A DNA stretch of 64,000 nucleotides from Lingula anatina. Taxonomy: Eukaryota > Animalia > Brachiopoda. Positions 57,601-64,000 of this stretch are shown here, in pieces. The notes under the pieces were generated by a model. That model had not been told where the DNA came from. It saw nothing but the letters and a program-made list of their open reading frames with translations, and searched no databases. The DNA lies in assembly GCA_051362555.1 (NCBI GenBank), contig CM120643.1, positions 22,448,848-22,512,847 on the forward strand, in the 5' to 3' direction. The position numbers and the translations under genes are program-made. Position 1 is the first letter of the stretch. Each line of letters opens with the position of its first letter.

Positions 57601-58910
57601 TCAAAGTGGGTATTACGTTTCCACAGCTGGACGTTTTGCAATTTTGACAGTAACGTTTGTACCTTTTTGGGGTTAGGCGATGAATCATTTTTTATTATTC
57701 ATAGTTCCAGGAGAGTGAGATTTGATACAAACTTAAACTAGAATAATCATACATAGTTTGTAATCTGTGCACTTAATATTTTTGAGAGCATACCAGCTGT
57801 GACCACTGCACGAAAAAAAAAACTACATGCCCTTGTTTAGATTCTCTTAGCTTTATTAATTCATTGCCACGCCACATTGCATTAGTCTGTCTGTCATTAT
57901 ATACGGCACCCACATAAATTCTTGTCTTCAGATTCGAGGATTCCAAGCTTGTGCAATATGGAGAAAATTCCAAATTTCTCTCTCCTTCACAGTGATTTCC
58001 TATAGCTTATCCCACGTGATTAACAAAAGAAATAAAATCTGGCAAATTGTTCTTTTCTCTCGGTTTTTGAGCTGATTATCATGGAAAAAATTAAAATTTC
58101 TGTCTTTCAGATTGGTTTCCAGGCTGGTCCAACATGGAGAATGCATACAGCGAGCCGAGTGATGATGGTCTGTCTGACGAGGACTGTGTGGAACTGAGGC
58201 AGAGTTTCTACTTTCCCTGGAAAGGATTTGTTCTCGTAGACAAGCTGTACTGGAACGACAGGTCTTGCCAGACGCAAAATTTCTACATCTGCCAGAAACC
58301 TAAGCATGGAGGTAAGTTTTTTCAGTTTTATGCCTTATACACATGTAGGTCATTTCATTATTATGATGTGATCTTTTATTTGACATTTTGCAGGTATGAA
58401 CCAACTTTAGTATCAAGAAAAAATCACATAAAAATAATAAAAAATATATAAAAAAACAGGTAGTCTAAAACAAATAGAATAATTATATATATATATATAA
58501 TTATCATGTCATTTTCCTTGTAGATTTTTTAATGTTTAATGTAAAACGATGTATCAAGGACTGAACGCAAAGATTATCAATATTACTGTAAGTTTTCAGT
58601 GATTAATACTTGACAGGTCCATAGGCAGAGGGTTGAAAAAAGTTATTGTTGAAAATGTATTTCCTCTATATACACGTGTACCACATATATGTTTTGTAAG
58701 TTATCCATTAGTCTATGTCTAGACATTATGTGAGACAGAAAACTTACAAAGGAACTTATGTCAGAGGCATACATGGATAGGGTTTCAGGTCTTTTTTATT
58801 CTCTTAGACATCTTGAACAAATATGTGCATTAGTATAATGTATACAACTGTGACATATATCTTATTGAGTTATTACTAGTGTTGGTGAGGACCCTAAATT
58901 GTGCAATGTG

Positions 58911-58945
<35 letters not shown>

Positions 58946-61051
58946 TGATGATGATCACAATGACGATGAAATAAATCATTTCTAAAGAGACAAAACATGT
59001 TCAGGTCATGTACCTACACATAATTAAGAGACATGACATTTCCAATCCAAATCTGTGGGGACTCTCAGTGAAATGCCATCAGATTGTGAGATTAACAGGT
59101 GCATGAACTCCTATTCCAAGCATTGAGTAGATTAGAGAAAACCTGGTGATGCTACCTGTACATCAGTGTGTTGGAAACAAGAGAAGGTGTTTCATTTAGT
59201 TCATGTAGAACAACAGTTTAAGTGGGAATTTAAAAAGGGCCTTAAGACTAGCGGTCACGATCAACTGGTTGGATCAGATGTGTTAATATGGGATGGTTTC
59301 TAAACCTGCAAATACATGTAGCAGGGGCGGATCCAGAGATATTTTCTGACAGTCTTCCAAATTATCTTTGTTGATCCATCTTCCATTTTTGACCGTCTTC
59401 CGACAGAAAACATTAGTTGGCTGACAATGTAAACTTGAAAATCTGACCGTCTTCCAGAAGACGGCCTAAATTCGCCCCTGTGTAGCCACATACAGTCCTT
59501 CCAACAATTCACCAAATTACCTGAATTGAACTTTTTCATCCTCTAACAGGTACTGCTCTTCAAGATAAACCGTAAATAGGTCCTTCTTTTCTTGTTTGAT
59601 GAATTATCCAATACATTTAAATAAATCAAGACATTTACCCCAGAGAAAGAAATCCTGCCAAGGTAATTCTACTTTTTTTCTATTTATCAGCTTAAGAATT
59701 ATTGATTACTTCAGAATGTAATTGTCATAAAGTAATATTCTTGTTAAGGACATTTTTTTAACTACAACCTGTTTTTAATTTAGGTTTTATTAATAAAAAT
59801 TTAAAAATAACTGTTATAGTGAAATTGTGTCCCTTTCAAAAAGAAAAAAATATATTTTTTTTCTAATTTACATGATGCAGAGATCATAAAAATAATCAGT
59901 TGCCAAATTTTAATACTTTTATTAACAAAACAATATGCATGATCACGCAATTTTGAATCCTTACTTAATTACTACACAGCTATAGCCTCAATATGTTTCA
60001 TTTCCAGTGTTTAATTCCAAGTGTATACATAAATGTGTAGATTTATACATTATAATACTAGTACATACATGTGCCAGTACAAAAACGCATATATACACAT
60101 CATTCTACAAAAAAAAAAAATCATTTAAATTGGTGTCTGAAATGGTTGACACAAGAAAATATAACAGTTGCATGCACGAGGCTAACATTTGTCCTTTTAT
60201 AATGGTGTGGCCCAATTTGCTGTATCAGCATGTTGTGGTAATAAGAATTCTACTGTAAATAATTGTACATCCATATACACAATTTATTGATTCAGAGGCA
60301 TTCCATTTTCTTATGTTTAAGGCACAACTTCAATAAAGTGACATGCAGATTAGCCCTGGATTATATTATATTATATTATATTATATTATATTATATTATA
60401 TTATATTATATTATATTATATAAGTATTTTGCTATCCTCTAGAGAAGCAAGCAAATTATATTACCCACATATCAATAATTTTTTTTATTAGTGACACAGG
60501 TACTGGGGTATATTATTATTATTATTATTTTTTTTTTTTTTGATTTCTTTTAAATTTGAATTAATTTTTAAATAATTTTTCCCTTTGTGTCCTGAGTCAG
60601 AATGCACACCTCCAATTTTGCCATTTGTGCTTAACAATCCTTCTGAATTGTTTATTTGTATACATCTGTATTTCCAAGAAAATATATATTCAGCCACTGC
60701 TGCCAAAGGCAAGCAGGATGATTCTAGAATATGTTATAGCTGGTATACAATGCACATTGTGACTGTGGGCTTTTGATACTTATTTTCTTTTTCTTTTTCT
60801 TCAGCAGATATTACAAGATACATCTCATCCCCAGTCACAAGTGTCACCCTACCTTACCCTCCAGACTGCAGCAGAGTGATAACGCTGACGTCCTATGGTG
60901 AGGAATCAAATGGTGTGATTCACAGTCCTAGCCATCCTGGTTACTATGGCAACAATCTTGACTGTAACATAACTATCTTGCCACCTGCTAACTCCTCATC
61001 GATGTCGATTAGGCTCCAGTTTATGGCATTTCATTTGGAGTACAGCAGCAG
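44071..61051 (+). CDS. Large secreted or receptor protein, 5' part: signal peptide, Reeler, CUB, CUB, CUB, C-type lectin, CUB (continues past window). Exons 44071-44269, 50650-50917, 51479-51540, 51701-51828, 52143-52395, 52778-53702, 54441-54541, 58111-58311, 60805-61051
   Basis: Reeler motifs YFPGATYQV.I, VTVTWKAP and CVTFRA; CUB motifs G.I.SP.(F/Y)P..Y..N..C, FDLE, DYL, CG, F.SD...G.GF.A.Y; CTL motifs YCY, W..A...C, YWVG, EPS, EDCV, WND..C, YICQ. Phases are consistent across nine exons. Confidence 0.88.
55330..55615. mobile_element. MITE-family copies (same families as 37884-38305)
   Basis: Inverted-orientation similarity to 37884-37970 and 38090-38305. Confidence 0.7.
59322..59480. mobile_element. 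159-bp MITE
   Basis: TIR CAGGGGCGGATCCAG / CTAAATTCGCCCCTG, flanked by TGTAG on both sides. Confidence 0.7.
60360..60421. repeat. (ATTAT)n microsatellite
   Basis: Directly visible. Confidence 0.9.
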
Positions 61052-61080
61052 GTATGGAGACGACATGTTACCTAACAATG

Positions 61081-61081
<1 letters not shown>

Positions 61082-61144
<63 letters not shown>

Positions 61145-61146
61145 TA

Positions 61147-61182
<36 letters not shown>
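61082..61182. repeat. Compound (TG)n/(GA)n microsatellite
   Basis: Directly visible. Confidence 0.92.
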
Positions 61183-61187
<5 letters not shown>

Positions 61188-62707
61188 TCTCATTTCATGA
61201 CTGTTTTGTGTTCAGTTGTGCATGCTAGTGTTAACATGCTTGTGGAGAAGTGTCAAGAAAAGTATTGGGAATGTCTATTTACCATTTGTTAGCCAATCTG
61301 ATACTTTTTCAGGATGAGGCACAAAGCTTTTATTTGGTTTTGTGTGCCTCCATAACAGGGACTATTGTACTTGCCAACTTGAGCATGAAAAGTTAGTTTT
61401 GAATCAATTGTTATGAAAGAGATGGGCAATTTTTTTTTTTTTTTTTTTTTTTTTTTGAGAAGTACCAGTACAGTATGAAAAGCATTTGTTGCCAGAGAAA
61501 AATGTGTAAAGCATTGGCTAATTGACAAGTGGTAAAATTGTGATTTTTTTAGGTTTGTAGTACCATCCAATATATATCTCCTCAATTTGTGAATCATTAA
61601 TAAGACACAATAATAAACACAATATACATACTGTATGCAGGTTGCTTGATATTTGTCTTAAGTTAAGGTCGCTTTATACCTAATCCGAATTAGATTTTTT
61701 TGTCCTTCCTTAAACTAATCGCCCTATACTATAGCTGGTAATCAAAATGGGATTCCAAATGATTGATAAGCATACTACTATTAATTATGCCATGACCAAG
61801 ATTTAACATGTCATTCTTTATACAAAAACAAAAAGTTTGTGGGAATGCAAAAATACATACCTCCCAGTAAACATCCTGTCTTCATTTGGAGGAAATGGGG
61901 AGTGAGAGGAAGGAAAATGTATATGGCATGCATGTACAACATCATTACCAGTATATAAGAAATAGAGTAATAACCCATGGATACACCCGCATCATCTTCT
62001 TAGACTGTTAATATATACCCAGGATCAAACATACACTGTATGTTACATGTACGTCTTATGCTAATCCTAGTATTAAATAACATGGTGTAACTGGTACTGA
62101 CTGCAATTGCCACAGATTATTCAGGAAGGAATTAGTGTACTATTCAGATATATTTAATGAAAAATATATGCCTCTTTGAGAAGCTGCCATGTTTCTCCTT
62201 TATTTATTTATTTATTTATTTATTTAGTTAGTTAGTTAGTTAGTTATTGTCTCAATTCTAGCTGTTAATGAGCTCAGCCTAGATTCAGTTATCAATGAAT
62301 ACTCTATTTGTACCAGTAAAATTAAATGTATTTAGCCAAAGTACAATTGTGAATTATTTTTCATTTTTGTTAAGTACTGCAGAGTAGGTAAATGCTTTTT
62401 CATTGTTAAAAATACTACCAATATCGGCAAAAATACTTTTTATAATAAATCAATTCAAAAAACTCTAAATATATCAGTCAACAGTGTTACCAGTAAAAAT
62501 TGGTGTTTAATTTGAACAATATGTAGTTAGGAATAATATTTACAGTTAAAGTTATTTGGATGGTTGATAAATTTACATGATATTTATTACTTTTAGTTAT
62601 TTAAGAAACAGTTATTGCTTATCAGTTAATATTTATTTATTATGTTTAGTAAACAAAAAAAATATTTGAAATCATGTTGACTGTATAATAGGTCACCCAC
62701 ACAAAAG

Positions 62708-62743
<36 letters not shown>

Positions 62744-63666
62744 TATGTTTCTGTGAATGCACATACATGTACCAGTACATCCACAATCTAAATTTGTACC
62801 ACTGCATTATACAGATACTGGACCAGGTATAATAGTAAGTTCAATGACACAGCTACAGCTGTAGCTATATATAGAGGCTTGTGAGCTCTGAGCTATATAA
62901 TTATACAAATACCACAGTAACACATCTTTTAAATGGATTGCAATGTTTCATATGAGATTCAAAACTCCACAATTAAGATGTTTTAAATGACACAAAATTA
63001 GAAATATAATAAATTCCTTTTTACCACCAAAATGGTGGTTATCAGAATTATTCTGTTATCTGTATACTTGACACTGGATGACATTGGAAAGTATGAAGAA
63101 ATTTTTGTTTACCCTAGGTAAATGTGTTTTATGACACTTTTCCAACCAAAATGAAGAGTATCTGAATGCATTGTCATTCCTTTAACCCTTAGTGGAAGCC
63201 ACTCTGGGTAAATAAGGAAGCAATCTCACACCCAATCACTATTATATATGATTTCCGATAATTAAGTCCTGTAGAGCCCCAGAATGATACATGTAATTAC
63301 AATAAGTATACATTGAATAATTTTTTCAGCTAAATGTTGAATATGTCACAGTTAGTATTATAAGGAGATTTAATGGACATAAAAAATACATTTGTTAAAA
63401 TCAGTATAATTTTAAGAATGATAAACATAAGGGTTGAAAGTACAGTCATATCAAGAACAAAAATTTCAGTGTTAATTTTATTTTCATGTATTCAAATGTA
63501 CATGTATGTTTATAAACATAATAGCAAGCCCTAAAATGTATCACTGCTTTTCACTTCCTCAAGGAGGTAACTTTTTTGTCTTTGTTGGCTTGTTACTTTT
63601 TTATTTAAAACATCCTTACTTAAAAATCATGGACAGATCTTAATAAGAAATATGTAAATATAGACT

Positions 63667-63910
63667 GGGTTCCCATACTTAGATCGATCCATCTGGATCA
63701 ACCTAACTCCCTGGAGGTTCATGCTAAATTGCTATCACCTCAAGAGGCTTAAATGTCTGTCACGCCTACCGAATCAGCTAGGGGTAAAGATAATTACCCA
63801 TAAACAGCTTCACTAGGAGTGACAGACTTTAAAGCCAGTTAGTTAGATAGCAATTTAGTGAGACTCCCCAGGGATATAGATTGATCCAAATATCTGTGGG
63901 AATGGTCCCA
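63667..63910. mobile_element. MITE-family copy
   Basis: GGGTTCCCATAC...GTGGGAATGGTCCC; matches the ends of 37975-38085 and the interior of 38090-38305. Confidence 0.7.
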
Positions 63911-64000
63911 TACATGTATGATACCAGTAGGTCAGAAAGGGACTTTTCTTGTTCTCCTTTGAACTACTGGTAAAAATATGGGTTAAGGTATATTGTACAT

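Overview
AT-rich, intron-containing animal genomic DNA, probably an invertebrate; the species cannot be determined from this window. From left to right it contains: (1) the 3' part of a ZFAT-like C2H2 zinc-finger gene; (2) two paralogous genes for unusual single-pass type-I membrane collagen-like proteins, each with about 48 (Gly-Pro-Pro-Gly-Thr-Gly) repeats in one 939/936-nt exon; (3) between them, a 10.2-kb four-layer transposon nest, in which a TIR MITE holds a PAT-like tyrosine-recombinase retrotransposon, which holds an RT-deleted Gypsy element with identical LTRs, which holds a CACTA-like MITE; (4) a minus-strand WSC-domain membrane protein gene with an FxNPxY tail; (5) the 5' part of a large Reeler-CUB-CUB-CUB-C-type lectin-CUB gene. 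There are also several MITEs, microsatellites and local duplications of splice-site regions. All exon models were assembled by hand from GT/AG sites and phase continuity and need RNA confirmation. Family assignments are from recalled motifs, not database searches.
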